The notes under the pieces: model-generated
Seen by the model: the letters and a program-made list of their open reading frames with translations, nothing else
What the model was told of the DNA's origin: nothing
Database searches by the model: none
Shown here: positions 1-16,989 of the stretch, in pieces
Position numbering within the stretch: position 1 is the first letter of the stretch
How the letters are laid out: each line of letters opens with the position of its first letter
Program-made: the position numbers and the translations under genes
Assembly: GCF_030684315.1 (NCBI RefSeq)
Contig: NC_081380.1
Coordinates: 45,348,771 to 45,412,770 of the forward strand
Length of the DNA stretch: 64,000 nucleotides
Reading direction: 5' to 3'
Source: Stegostoma tigrinum
Lineage: Eukaryota

Positions 1-519
1 ACACTCTCAACAAGTTAGAGAATTAACTCCATATCTAAATGGTGGATACAAGTGCAGTACAAATTGTACGAATAAAATCAACCCTAGCTCCTTCCTGCAG
101 TTTAAAAAGAATCTGTCACGAGGTTGCAGCATTGTTGACAAAACCCTCTGGTTCACCAGTGCTCTTCACGGAAGGAGACTAGGTTGGGATGTTGGTTGAT
201 GTGTCAATTTAGCTAATACATGCTGTCCTGGGGTTGCAAACGGCTTCCATTCCTGATCCTGTGCACAAATTGATTTGTACAAAAGTCGGAACACAGTGCA
301 GGACAATATAAAGTTGCTGTTGGTAAATACAGGAAATGTTCATATGTTGGATCTTTACAATTATACCTTTATATGGGATCATGCTAATAAATATGAGTGT
401 TCGAAAGTTGGATGTTGATAAAATGGGAACTCTCTGTGATCTCCTCAAGGGTGAGTGTCACTTTATAGAGCTATCTCTTCCCTCTCTGCCAACAGAAACC
501 TTCAGTCAGAGATACAGGA

Positions 520-835
520 GGAGTGGCACACTGGTAGAGTCATTGGACCAGTAATCCAGAACTCCAATCTAATATTCTGGGAACGTGGATTTGAATCCCA
601 CCATAGCAGATTGTAGAATTTGAATCCATTAAAAAATTTAGAGTAAAATGTTGATTGTTGTAAAAACCTGTCTGGTCCAGTAATGTCCTTTAGGGAAGGA
701 AATCTGCCATCTCACCCATGTATGACCCCAGACCCACAGCAATGTGATTGCTCTTATCCATCCTTTGGGCAATTAGGGAAGGGCAATTAATGCTGACCCA
801 GTAACATCTACACCACTTGACTGAATTCTTAAAAA
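520..835 (+). mobile_element. SacSINE1/Deu-SINE-like element; relatives at about 2680-2960, 26150-26355 (-), 31975-32265, 40660-41010 (-) and 56455-56885
   Basis: Shared tRNA-like head (GTAATCCAGA...AATCCCACCA) and core CTGGTTCACTAATGTCCTTTAGGGAAGGAAATCTGCC; family name from memory. Confidence 0.65.
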
Positions 836-876
836 CTCAGTACGTTGCAGGATGGTCCTCTCTCTCAATGTGTTAA

Positions 877-1080
<204 letters not shown>

Positions 1081-1432
1081 TGATCACCCTGGAATGTGTG
1101 TGTGTATGTGTGTTCATTCATGATTTTAACTCCTGGGCCAGGTGTGGATGCCTGGAATAAAACATGGTGTATCTGTCAAGTTTGTGAAGGCACAAGAGTG
1201 TGCAGTGTGAACCCCGGAGAGCAGTGCTGGCTGATGATTGTGAGGTTGAAGGTAGAGTTAGATGTTACAGAATTCATAAAAACTGAAAGAACTGCAAATG
1301 CTGGAAATCAGGGACAATAAAACACAAATTACTGGAAAAGCTCAGCAGGTCTGTCTGCATCTGTGGAGAGAAACCAGAGTTAACCTTTTGGGTCCAGTGG
1401 CCATTTCTCAAAACTGATGGAAGCTAGGAAAA

Positions 1433-1629
1433 GAGGTAATGGGAACTGTAGATGCTGGAGATTCCAAGATAACAAAGTGTGGAGCTGGATGAACACAGCA
1501 GGCCCAGCAGCATCTCGGGAGCACAAAAGTTGACATTTCGGGCCTAGACCCTTCCGAAACGTCAGCTTTTGTGCTCCTGAGATGCTGCTTGGCCTGCTGT
1601 GTTCATCCAGCTCCACACTTTGTTACCTC
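1433..1629. mobile_element. Penelope-derived palindromic mini-element, nested in an older PLE terminus (about 1280-1775)
   Basis: Inverted arms; 14-bp direct repeat GGAAGCTAGGAAAA at 1419-1432 and 1630-1643. Confidence 0.85.
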
Positions 1630-1928
1630 GGAAGCTAGGAAAATGTTGGTTTTTGTGCAGAAGATGGGGGGTAAGGAATAAAAATGATAGGTGGAGACAG
1701 AACCCAAAGAGAGAAGGCTCCTTAGCTTACTTCCCCGTTCTACCTTCTGCATAAAAACCATCCTTCCTAGCACCAGCAGCAGAGGTAGGCGATACAGTGT
1801 GTGTAGGTGCCATACCCTGGTGAGAGACAGCATATGTGTGGGAGCTGTATCCTAGTGAGAGCGTGTGTATGTGCGTGTGTGAGAGAGCCGTACACTGGGG
1901 GGTGTGTGTGGGAGCCGTACCCCGGTGA

Positions 1929-2225
<297 letters not shown>

Positions 2226-2763
2226 TAATAGCAACTTTGACAAAGTAAAAATCCTCAAGATCTTTTACATGATATTATCAGGTGAAATTTGACACTAAGC
2301 CACACAATGACATTCTGTGACTGAAACGGATGACCAAATGTTTGGTCAAAAATGTAAATATTAATGATTGTTCTAAAGGAGGAGAGATGGATGGTGACTG
2401 AGAAGATACAGGAAAGAAAGAAAATTAGCGCTGAAAAGAAACCAATGAGGGCAACAGATTTTTCTGCAATAAAAACCAAAAGAACTGTGGATACTGTAAA
2501 TTGGAACAAAAACAAAGTTGCTAGAAAAGCTCAGCAGGTCTGGCAGCATCTGGAGGAGAAAACAGAGGTAACATTTTGCACTGTGAGGAAGGGTCACGGG
2601 AACCGAAACGTTAACTCTGTTTTCCCCTCCACAGAATTTTCTGCATTGCAGTTTCTGATATGAATTACAGTGTCTGAAAGTGGAAGGTGATGGCCTAATG
2701 TCTGAACAAGTAATCCAGAGTCCCAGGAATTGTTCTGGAACCTGCAGTCAGGTCCTACCACAG

Positions 2764-2889
2764 CTGATGAAGGGTCTAGGCTCAAAACGTCAACTTTTGT
2801 GCTCCTGAGATGCTGCTTGGCCTGCTGTGTTCATCCAGCTTCACACTTTGTTATCTTGGATTCTCCGGCATCTGCAGTTCCCATTATCT
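2764..2889 (+). mobile_element. Penelope-derived mini-element, single arm, hammerhead core mutated
   Basis: Family consensus; CTACCACAGC repeated at 2755-2764 and 2890-2899; inserted in a SINE. Confidence 0.8.
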
Positions 2890-3122
2890 CTACCACAGCC
2901 GATGATAGAATTTGAATTCAATAAAAACATCCAAAATTAAAAGCATAATGATAACCTGACTGCTGATAAGCAACAGAATAAAGAAACTCACAATGAGTTC
3001 CAGCACCATGGTTTTAAAAGTGCAACAGATCCTTCCAAGATCTTTAGTTTGGGAACAATCCTTTTCTGTTTTTTAATCCACAATCAAAAATAAAATAAAA
3101 TAAAAAGACAGGGTCTTTACAT

Positions 3123-3268
3123 TCCCTCAGCCCGGACCCTCAGACGTTGCGGCGCACCCTCGGCACAGACCCTCAGACGTTGCGGTGCTCCCTCGGCACA
3201 GACCCTCAGGTGATGCGGCACTCCCTCTGCACAGACCCTCCGACAGTGCGGTGCTCCCTCGGCACTGC
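3123..3268. repeat. 33-bp tandem repeat, about 4 copies
   Basis: ACCCTCAGACGTTGCGG(C/T)GC(A/T)CCCTCGGCACAG at 3136, 3169 and onward. Confidence 0.85.
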
Positions 3269-3414
3269 TTCAAGTGTGTCATTCAGGATTGTGCGCTCTA
3301 ACCTCTGCATTGGGATATGAGCCATGACCTTGTGACCTGGTGATGAAAGTGTAGCCCACTAAGCTGTAATTCACTGTTTTACCGAGTTCTGTGAGGAGGT
3401 GTTTTACTCCATGA

Positions 3415-3612
<198 letters not shown>

Positions 3613-4498
3613 TAACCCGTTACACAGTCAGGTTACACTGAACCCGTTACAAAGTCCCTTTACACTGTCCTGTTACACCAACCTTCTCACACTGTCACGT
3701 TACATCAACCCTGTTGCACTGTCCTGTTGTACGGACCCTCTTACATCGTCTTGTTACACCAACAGTATGTCTGTCGATCTTGGCCTTAAAATGTCCATGT
3801 GACTCATTCCCTCCCCCACACCCTCAACAGTGTTTCTCGGAGAAGGGAGTTAAAGATTTGCATCTCCCTTCAGGTGAGCACATGCTTCCTGATCTTATTC
3901 CTGAATAGCCATCTTGAACTTTAGAGTCCTGCACCCCCCCCATTCTAGATCTCCTCCCTTCCTCCAATTCCAGAGGAAATAGTTTCCACTGACCTAATCA
4001 AATGCTTTAATTAACAACGGCATAGTACAGAGGAGGCACTTTATCTCATCAAGTCTGTACCACCAAAGCTAGACTAAACTTGTATCTTTGCAGGTGAGTT
4101 TTGTTACAATGCACTGAACTGAGTGGCCGTCTCCTTTGTTTATTGTACGAGCCTGTCACAACATTCGAGCTGACAAACCAAGATGGTTTCATTTACAGAA
4201 ATGCCATTTTACATAATAAATTTTTTATCCACCTGTGTTGAAACTGTTTCTAAATTGTCTTTGGAAATCCCAAATTATTTGAAGTGCTTTTCAAAGTAGA
4301 ATTGCTGTTGGAAGCGTAAATATAGTTCTCTCAATACTTTACTGCCTGTAAGAAATGAGGTGGCAAATTTATGCATGGCAAGCTCCCATTAATAGAATTC
4401 TACCAGCTTCCGACCCTCACACTAAGCTCTCGGAGCCTTGTTTGCTACTTTGCGCTCTCTGTCCTGTGACCTTGTCCTGGTCCCATGGTCCTACCTGA

Positions 4499-4762
<264 letters not shown>

Positions 4763-4992
4763 TAGTGATGAGTATCCAGTGGAGATACCATGGGAAGTCT
4801 TTCAGACAAGAAGTTGATCAGTTCCTTCTTGGATAGTTACACCCCATGTCCTCAGTCTATCCGCATCACTGATCCATGAGGAAGGATGCAGTAACTCTCT
4901 CACACGGCGTAGTGGGTGAGGCCTCTCTTATTGAGCCTTGCTTATCGAATAAGTGTATGAATCCCAAGGTCATTGCCTTCGCCTTGGGGTGA

Positions 4993-5367
<375 letters not shown>

Positions 5368-6261
5368 TGAGGAATAGTACAATAGATTCCTGTCACAAAA
5401 CGTGTGTCTTTTATGATCTGGAATGCACTTAGATGCTTCCACTACTCTCTGGGATAGAGAATTCCAAGGTTCACAACCCTCTGAGTAAAATCATTTCTCC
5501 TCATCTCAGTCTTAAATGCTTACCCCTTATTTTGAAGATGCATCTCCTGGTTCTAAATGCCGCACAATCTTATCCTGCATTTACTCTATCAATTCTTTTA
5601 AGTATTTTGGAAAAGGCAAGATTGTTAATGCATATTATCAACAAAAGTTAAGCAAGTTTGGATTGGTCGTGTTATGTAAAGCATGAGAACCTGCTGAAGG
5701 AGATGCCTGATGAAAGAGTAAAGAGGTGTAAGTTCTACAGAATGATGATTTTCGTCAATGTGAAACTGAAAATGGGGGTTCTGAGCAACAGAACAAGCAA
5801 GTGCAAGCCCAGAAGGTGTGAAGACATGAGCAAAGGAGGTCACTGTACATTTTGTACATAAATGATTGTGAACACCATTGCAGCTTTGATTGCAAAAAAA
5901 CCAGGAGATTGGGGGTCTGTTCTGTCCTCTGTAACACTGAGCCACTGAAGACAGGGAGACCTGGTACAACCCTGTGCTGAGGAATGTGATCAGAGTCAGT
6001 GAACAGGACATTGCTTCAGTCATCCGTGGGTTGGGCAGCAGGGAGTCCATCAATTCCTGATACTCTGGTTGCAATCCTGTGTTTCTGACAATGCCTGTGT
6101 GTTTCTGTGTTCTAGTGGTTTATGTTTCATCTACACTACATTACACACATACATATGAACTTCATTAAAACATGACTTTCTCTGCTGTTTTGGGCTATTA
6201 GTTGGTTGAACTCCCTTTATTTGTTTCATTTTGATATATGGGATGTTGAGGATGAGACTGA

Positions 6262-6435
<174 letters not shown>

Positions 6436-7993
6436 TAACCATGTACTGGAGTCACATGCAAGCCCTCTGCATTCTGCAGTGAAGTCACACCGTCAGCGCC
6501 TTCCTGCTGCACCTTCCATACACAATGAGCCACCATCAGTACAGCCTGCCCACCACTGTGCCCAGGAAGGTATTAGGGCAAGTGGCTAAAAGCTTGATTG
6601 TAGGATGGGTAGGAGGATAGAGAGAAAGAGGCGTGGAGGTGTTCAGAGTGTGGAATTCCAGAATTTAGGGCCCTGGGCAGCCAAGGCACATCTGCCAAGC
6701 CTTTAAAATAGGGAATATTCAAGAGACCAGAATTAGAAGAGATAATAGGGGATTTTGGAGGAGCTAACAGAGACAGGAAAAAAGCCAAGGACAGATTTTA
6801 GATTGAAGGCATTGCTGGATTGGGATAAGTCTGCTGTTCAGGAATTTGTTCAGTGTTAGGATATACTTAACATCCTAAACGCTGAAGCAGATAGATTGAT
6901 GGGATTTGTCATGTTTCAGAATAATTTCTTGCCTTTACTGCGAACGCAAGCGTAGAGAGTATTCCAGAAGTGGAGATATTTAGACAATTGGTTCAGTCCA
7001 TACCTATGACTTCACCTCTGGATTCCAGAAGTGCTCTGATTGTGGTGATTTTTATTTTCTGGGCTATCGCAATGCTCTCCCAGCCAGGCTCCCACCTTCA
7101 GGCGAATCTCTGCAAGCCTGCATCGTAATCCCATGGACCTATCACCCTGTATGTGTCCTGAGCTGCTCTGTCTCCCAGTGCTGCAGCTTGTCAGCTTTGA
7201 ATTTCATATCGTTGTGCTTGAATCTCTCAGGTTTGTAGAGGAAGGGTTGAGGTGAGACCCACAATTTTAAAGATACAAGTCTGGGATATGAGGGCATTTC
7301 ACACAATGCTGAAACTTTCTGCACAAAGGCAGCCCTGACCCACAAACAGCCACAGTGGCCAGGCAAGGAAGCATGTCCTGAATTGGGATTAAACCCTGTG
7401 CTGTTGGCACCAATCTGATGCACACCAGCTGTCCAACTGAGTGAATGTACAGACAGCCACCACCATCGGCATAACCGTCACCCCCCCACCCCACCCCCTG
7501 CCCTGGTCCCCATTGTTGTGGTGTTTACATGCAGGTTGTAACCTGGAGCTGTGGTCAGTGATGGATTTCTTCACGTGGCTGACCGGGAATATATCCTGCT
7601 CTTACTGCCTGATATTGACATTTGTTTTAAAGATCAACAAATTGATAAATGGCCTGCTCAGAGAGACAGTGTAGACTGTCACAATGCAGGAAACCAATCG
7701 TGATTCTGTGAGTACTTTGGTTTCGCCATTGTCATAAACACACCTTCCTTGGTCATCAAATGCTGGAATGGGACTTGAATCCCAGGGTTTCTGGCTGAGA
7801 GGCAGGGAGCCTGCTCACTGTGCCTCCATTTTAGACATGGAGGATACAACTACATTGAATTTGGAGCATAAATGGGCCATTTGGCCCAACCACACCTTGC
7901 TTGTGTTTCTACATCTCTTGTCTCACTTGTCAGTCTTTTCAGAAAACCTTTTAATTCCCTTTTCTGTCACTTACTCATCTAGCTTCATGTTGA

Positions 7994-8128
<135 letters not shown>

Positions 8129-8509
8129 TAAAGTTCTCCTTATTCCATTATTTTGATATTTCATAACTTGCTTGTGTTAATGGGCCTGGTTTTGGATTCT
8201 TCCCAAAGCGGAATCATTGTCTTTGGATCTGACCTGCGGAACAAATTCATTACTTTAAACCCTTAATTGGATCACTTTCTTGAAACACAGCAAAAGCTAT
8301 AACCTGATCGGTCTTTCTTTGCAGGTGGTTGTAATCTCTTCATTCTGACACAATCCTTGTAAATCCTTTGCCAGCATTTTCATGACCTTCTTTTGATAAA
8401 GGAACTCAAACTATGTAGTTATCCAATTGTAGTCTGACTGGCAGTTCTACTATTTTAACAGTACTTTTGTTTCTTTGCAATTTTGTACCTTTTTCAAACT
8501 AAATCCTAG

Positions 8510-8865
8510 TGGATGGCACAGTGGCCCCATGGTTGGCAGTGCTGTCTCACAGTGCTGGAGACCCAGGTTCGAATCCAGGCTCCGGCAACTGTCTGTGTGG
8601 AGTTTGCACGTTCTCCCCATGTCTGCATGGGTTTCCTCCGGGTGCTCCAGTTTCCTTCCAGAGTCCAAAGATGCGCAGATTAGGTGGTTTGGCCATGCTA
8701 AATTGCCCATAGTGTTTGAGGATGAGCCGGCAAGGTGGATTAGCAGTGGGAAGTGTAGGGTTTCAGGGATAGGGATGTGAGTCTGCATCAGATGCTCTTT
8801 GGAGGGTTTGCATGGACCCGATGGGCCGAATGGCCTGTTTCCACATTGTGGTGATTTTGTGATTC
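8510..8865 (+). mobile_element. tRNA-derived V-SINE (HE1-like)
   Basis: Box A/box B-like head (GGTTCGAATCC) and V-domain TGTGTGGAGTTTGCACGTTCTCCCC...GGGTGCTCCAGTTTCC. Confidence 0.8.
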
Positions 8866-9329
8866 TTCATTAGGTCTTCAAATAGTTTTGCTAACTAATG
8901 TTAGTTTTAATGATGTCTTTGCCATATCATGGGATGCCTTTGCTCACCTCCATATTCAGCTTTTAACTTCCTAAGGTGATGGTAACATTCTATCCTTTTC
9001 AATCAACACCTAACAGTGGCAAAGTTGGGAGACTGTATTAAAGTCAGTCTGGGCAGAGGGTCGGGTATATCCCAATGGAAAAGTTTGTGGAAGGGATTCC
9101 AAGCAAGGAGAATCTCTCATCAAGAGGTTGATGGTGTCAGTGAGTTGGCTGTTAGGGTATGGTCAGGGGAGGAAACAGAGTGGCAGTCAGGTGTAGGAGT
9201 GAGATTGGGCGAACAGTCAGCATGACGGTAGGGGAGTAGTCAGGTGTTGTGAGGTCAGGGGGAGCAGTTGAGTAACGGGTTGAGGTTGTGGGGAGCAGAG
9301 GATCAAGGAGATACTGGGTGTTTGGTTAG

Positions 9330-9704
<375 letters not shown>

Positions 9705-9707
9705 TGA

Positions 9708-9866
<159 letters not shown>

Positions 9867-11699
9867 TAATCACAGTGATAGTTTTTGTCTCAACCCAGAT
9901 TCTGTAACAGTCACCATAGTCTTCTCCTGGCTTGGTTTCTTCAACAATCTCCAGTCAGCTTCTTGGTACTCCTTTGCTGGTTTCTGAGTCCATGGGCTTA
10001 CCACATTTTCTGACATCCTTATAACCCACTTCCTTTGATCTAATCCATTCTTTAACTCTTTTCATTAGCCACGGTTATTTCACCTTGCTCTTTAAGTGTT
10101 TGTGCCTTAGAAAATGCTTTTGATGTGTTGTAAACCAGGTAGTGTTTCTTTAAATATCAGCCATGGCCTGTCTACCGTCAAATCTTTTAGTGTATTTTTC
10201 CAATTCACCAAAACCAGTTTGCCTCTCATAGTTTCCTATGTTCAGATTTCAGACCCTAGTTTCAGGTTAAATTTGAATTTGATCTAATTCAATGTGAAAT
10301 TCTGTTTTATTACACAAAGGCTCCTTTACAGCAAAGTTATTAATTATCTTTTTTTCATTATGTCATACTAAATCTAAAGCAGCCCAATCCCTCATTGGCT
10401 CTTGCACATACTGCTCCTGAAAGCCATCTTGTACATTGTTTCAGGAATTTATCTTTCATACCATTAGTGCTGAGTAGGTTTAATAACATGTAAATTGACG
10501 TCACCCATTATCACTGTCTTACCCGTGTTAATGTGTCTCTAATCGCCTGATGTATACTTTGCTCAATATGTGGCATCAGTGTTTGCTGTTGCTTGCTAAT
10601 TCTTCACTCCACAAAAACAGATTCTATATCAATTCTGAAGAAAGGTTGCTGGACTCAATGTTAACTGTTTTCTTTTCAGATGATGCCAGACCTCGAGCAA
10701 TTTCTGTTTCAGTTTCAGATTTCCACCAGCCATGTTTCTTTGTTTTATTCAACACTTTTAATTTATGATCCAAGACCGTCTTTTACTTTTTGTACCAATG
10801 ATTCTCATCAGTCCAACCATGGGAAGCCATGCCTTCATTCATCTGGGCATCAAGCTCTGGGATTTCTATCTTAACTCCTCTCTCCAAGCTTTTGGTCATG
10901 ACCTACTATCTGCATATATGGCTCGATGTCAAACTTTGCTTAATAATTGTTCCTGGGAGGCATCCTGGGTTTTCTTCATCATCCAGTGTAATGAAACTCA
11001 GCTCCTGATGTTCCATGTTGCAGATAGATGGATTAGTCTGAGGGAAGTCCTTCCTTTGATCCCATGCCTCCAACACTGTGACTGGATTGAAGAAAATAGG
11101 GCTGAGCATCAACATTCCCAAATCCTGCCAGAATTCCCACCAGTGGGTTTACTGCACTTACCATAAGAAATAGGAACAGGAAAACTCTATTCAGCCCTTC
11201 AAGCCTGCTCTGCTATTCAACTGGATCACAGCTGATCTGACATTCTTCTTGTCCACTTTCCTCCATTTTGCCTGGAACCCTTAACTGATCAAGAATCTAT
11301 CAATCTCATTCTTAAATGTACACAAGGAATCTACCCCCACATCTCTCTGTGTCAAGGAGTTCCAAAGACTCTCAATTCTCCGAGAGAAGTACTCTCAAAT
11401 TGATGTCCCTTTATTATGAGATTATATTCTATGGTCCTAGACTCTCCCATGAGGGGAAGCATCTCAGCATTTACCCTGTCAAGCCCTTAAGAATCTTGTA
11501 TGTTACAATGAGACCACCTCTAATTCTCTTAAACTTCGCACTTTTATACCCTGAAATGGCTTGTGTAAATCTGACGGAGGGTTGGAGTAGATGACAATTG
11601 CACTGTCCTCCCACACTCACAGCTGTGGATATTCCACCAGCCACTGACTACATAATGATCAGCAATAGAAACCTTTATTAATTTAGCCTTCCAGGATAA

Positions 11700-11906
<207 letters not shown>

Positions 11907-12076
11907 TAACTCCGTGCCATACCTGCCCTGGAGTTTTTGAAGGAGACAGTGTTGAGGGGCATTCACTTTCTGTTTCAAAGAGTAGTGGGACCTTTACTTT
12001 GTATCTACCCTATGCTGTTACTGTCCTGGGTGTGTTTAATGGGCACAGTGTAAAGGGAGCTTGACTGTACATCTAA

Positions 12077-12394
<318 letters not shown>

Positions 12395-13403
12395 TAGAAG
12401 AATTAAGCTGAGAGAGAATATTCACCCTTCTTAAGCCCCATTCTTATTCTGAGACATATCCCAATAAACCACTTCAACCCTATTCTGTTGTCATTGAAAC
12501 TCACTCTGAGCACTGAGGATGGTTTTATTCAGTCTCCCCTCATGCTTATTTGTCCATGAGACTCTGCCAGAACAGGCATATCAGCTCTCAGTGACCTCGC
12601 ATTCCAGTGATCCTGTGCCCTGCTGCTCGTGTGAATTACAGTGATCTGGACCACATTCAGGTTTGAGTTCATGCTGAACTTGCAACATGGAGTAACAAGC
12701 TAAGACCTACTGGTTCATCCAGTCTGTTGTGCATAATGGCTGCAAGATCCTGCAAATCATGATAGAGACACACCATTTAATCTCTTTGGAGACGAGGAAG
12801 TGCAGATAAAAATTCTGCCGCAGCAGCTGAAACTGGTCCGGATTTCTGATTTATGATACGGCATTCCCACCTCTCGTACAAAATGATTTAAATTTCAGCC
12901 AGTTCTCACTTAAAGGGATCCAGAAAGTGACATTTTCAGTACTTGCCCCTGGCCTGTTCCAGTGAGACCACATTCTCTGGGAGAGAGCAACCTTCTGGTG
13001 TCTGTCGTGTCAAATAGCACAGCAGGCTTGAGGGGCTGAATTGCCTATTCCTGCTCCTAATTCATATGGTCTATGTCTAACCCGGTCCTGCCATTAATTT
13101 AGTTGTGACCCATGGTCCCCCTCAAACCTGTCCGGTTGCATTAAGACCTATATCATCATTCTGTATTAATAGTCACTGTAGTTGTTGACACTTTTTTCAA
13201 CAGATATAGCCAGACTTGCTGAATATTCCCAGTATTTACTGTCATTACTGTAGATTTCAAACATCTGCAGTACTTTGCTTTTAGTATGCCAACATAGCTC
13301 ATTTAAGCCGAACAAGCATTTGCTGTGCTGTAAATACTTAGCAATTCCCTCTGCCTCTCTAGATTGTAAAGGAATTTGAAACTGAGTTTTTCTTCTGTCT
13401 TGA

Positions 13404-13667
<264 letters not shown>

Positions 13668-14918
13668 GGCCAGAGATTGGTGGATTGATTCTCTCACTGT
13701 TTGCCTCCTTCGAGAGGATATGATGGGCTTCAAGAGGAATATAGTGCTGGACATGAAACAGCCATTTGCTCTCCTCCACCAGACTCTCATAACCCTAGGC
13801 ACTTTCAGCTGCTGTAAAATTGTGTAAAAAAAAAGTTATTAAAAACTTAATAAACTGATGTAATTAATACTCATACTAAAGCTGCACTGTTTTGTAGTAA
13901 ATGTAAAATTTGTAATTTACTGTTTGTCTTTCAGCTGTAATCGTGATATTTTAAAAATTGAGCATCAAATTATTTTCCTTTCCAGTTTACCAAAAAATGA
14001 AAGTTCTGGAAACTTTAGCCAAATGACTATGAAAACTCCAATAATAGCCCAGAGAGCAATGAATCAGTTACAATTGACTGGTCTCAATCTCCATTGGGTC
14101 CTGTTTATGGGATGGTCCCTGATTTGTTTTGGTGCTTTCTGCTGAGGCCTGTTTATGCATGATCACTGGGTGATTCAGGTTTGTATCAGTCCCTGTTTAC
14201 AGACAAAGTCTATTACTAGGGAGGGAAGGCTGGGAGCATTGTGATGTTACCTGGAACACAACACAGCCCCTTTAAATTCTCACTTCAGTTCTGAATGGTG
14301 ATCAGAGGGAATGAACTGCGTTCCAGATAACATCCTCAATAAAAGCATTATTACTTCATTTTGAGCGTGTAGAAACCCATAGGAACCATACTAACAAAGC
14401 AGCCAGAGAGGAAAAACTACAGAATCCATCTGTGCTAATTCAGTATTTTATCATTTAACCCTGTGGGAAATTTGCAGAATTGAGCTTTGATACTGGGGGA
14501 CTTTCTTTTGGTAACGTTTAATGGTGAGAAATTTGCTTCACATAACCCTCTTTACGGTTTTCTTTGCCCAGGTTTGCAGGGGAGCAGCTACTTAGAGGAG
14601 AGTTTGTGGGGTCTGTACACAATACCCCATCACACCTTTCAACGTGCTTTTGGGCAAGTGTTAAGTTCCCTAACCAGACCCACAGCCTAAAGTGCAAACT
14701 CATACAGTAAGCAATAACCCCCAGCTCTCTTGAAGGTTTCAGCTCTGAGCACAATTAAGCGAGCCATGTACTCAGGATGGGTCATTGATCATAACAATGT
14801 GAGGATTCCAATGTGTTGCTTTTTTTAAAAAACTTGATTGTTTTTTAAGCATTTGCTGCTGTCAGTCACTGGTTCCACTTGTAACAAGTTCATGAACGTA
14901 AAAATGCAAAAAGCTCAG

Positions 14919-14924
14919 AATAAA
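14919..14924 (+). terminator. Candidate BLTP2 polyadenylation signal (other AATAAA at 13849 and 14338)
   Basis: AATAAA followed by GT/T-rich sequence; which site is used cannot be determined from sequence. Confidence 0.45.
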
Positions 14925-15794
14925 GTTGTTTTGTAACAATTAATTGTGCATGTTTCTCATTCAGTTAGAGGATGACTGTGCCCTTCACCACCTCAGGACA
15001 TCTCAAACTGCTTAATGGCCAACAAAGTGCTTCTAGACAAAAACAGAAATTGCCAGAAAAGCTCACCGGAGTTAACATTTCAGGTCGAGTGACCCTTCCT
15101 CAAAGTGCTTCTGGAAGTGTCTTTGTTTTAATTAAGGCACAGGTTAGCAGGGGCAGCAGTAACTTGGTGTTTATGTCCAACTGAAGGGACAAAGTGAGGC
15201 TTTTTAATACTCCTCTGAGGTGGAAGACCCAGAGTTCTGCAGTTCCACCCTCCTGACAGACACCAATTTAGAGCATAGGACACCACTGAGTCTCCATCCA
15301 GGCAGTGACCTTCTCCCACTTCAGCCCTAGATATTCTTACCAAAAGTAATGTCAGTGTGGTTTAAATGTTTGACCAGCCCATTTTTTTAGATGCTTTCGA
15401 TCCTGTGACCAAGAAAAATTGCAGGCATCTTGCATCAAGCAAGTAGATCAAAACTGGAAGGTGCAAACTGGTGAGTAAATATGACTATTTCTGCCTGAAA
15501 TAAGCAGGGCACTTTGACATCTGTTTCCAGTCTGTGTCGTAATGAAAATCACTAAGTGTTTAAAATGGCAGTGTCCTATACTAAGAGCAAATGTCCATCA
15601 GAAATACCTCCCTCTCAATAAGCTACAAAGTTTGCAAGTAGGTCCTTCACTGAGGAACACTGTTCAGCACCATATTTTAAAGGCTCTCCTGCACAAAGAA
15701 CATCTCAGTGATAGAACCCCAATTATTACTGAGTTCAAGCCAGACTTAAAAATGACGAACTCAGGCAGAAGTGAATGTTAACAGCCAGGTTGAG

Positions 15795-15800
15795 TTTATT
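15795..15800 (-). terminator. Candidate EMC6 polyadenylation signal
   Basis: TTTATT on + (AATAAA on -), about 1.2 kb after the EMC6 stop. Confidence 0.45.
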
Positions 15801-16989
15801 GTTGTAAAATGCAGGCAGGCAGCCTGGGAACACAAATTAAGGTTATTTGCTACTTTTCTGAAACATTCAATGGTTCCCACAAAATGGACAAATGTCTCTT
15901 GTTAAAAACATTTCAATTACCATCAGTAGTAACAAAATAGTTTAATTGTAAATCCCTGATTCTCAGATTTTGAACCTGTTAACAGCCTATGTCACAGTGA
16001 AACCAATTCCAGCCTTCCCTGCTATGCTCTGGGATCTCATTTTAAATCTGTCTGCAGTCAAGAGATTTCAGCAACTTCCCAGTCTTCCATTTTCCCCAAA
16101 TAGATATGTGAACCATAGAATAAACTTGGTATGATACAGAAACTGCCAAATCTCGAAGACTGACAGTCAGTGCTCCAACCACTCCCTTCTCCACACAAAG
16201 AGCCATTCTTGTGGGAACCCTTCAGTTTCTGTCAAGAATACCTCCTGAGAATTGCATGGCCCATGAGGGAGGGAGGACGGTCTGCACTGAATAAACAATA
16301 CAAAGGACAAAATGCCAAAAGGCACTGCATGCCAGGTGAATATTAACTGTCCTGCCACAGAGTACAGGAGCCTTGAGCCAGATGTTGGGGCATGACACAA
16401 GAGGCAACGGCCACAGACCCCCTGATCCCCTGTTGGTGGAGAGAAGGTCAACGGCAATGATCAAGGGGATGCTCACTGCGTGCAGTTAAGGGTGGCTGGA
16501 TCTCTATCACAGCACATTCTAAATAGTTAAGTGGAGGCAGCTAACGGGGGGGGGGGAATAGTTGGAATTCCAGGGAAAATTCTCTCCACTTTTCCAACGA
16601 ATGCTCTTCACAATATGGTAGAAGAATTCAAAATCTGACCTCTGCCCAGAAGTCTCCATCAACAAGAACTAGCCAGTTCCACAGCTCCCCTCACTGAGGA
16701 ACACTCTGGCTGACAAGCTCTTCAGCTGCTTTACGACATTCGGAATGGGGGACTGAAACATTCCCACGGCATTTGAAAATGTACGGCTTCAGCGATCAAC
16801 CCAACCACACAAAACTTAAAGACAACAGAACCTAAAGTACTATTTGACCTCACAGCTGGGAACAGTATTTGTGCAGGTTGTGACGATGACAGGTTTAATT
16901 TGTAAGATTCAACAGGTGGACGCAGGTGAGGGTGAAAAGTGTTTGTGCCGTTCCAATTGTCTGACAGGAGCAGGAGGCCATCTCCTGCT

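Noticed and set aside
336-554. Possible additional BLTP2 exon (donor-like GG|gtgagt near 452)
   Set aside because: Translations do not resemble the expected upstream BLTP2 peptide and no convincing acceptor was found
8510-8585. tRNA-like sequences here and at 41015-41095, 43077-43150 and 50025-50090
   Set aside because: Box A/B heads continue into SINE-like bodies and no complete cloverleaf could be built
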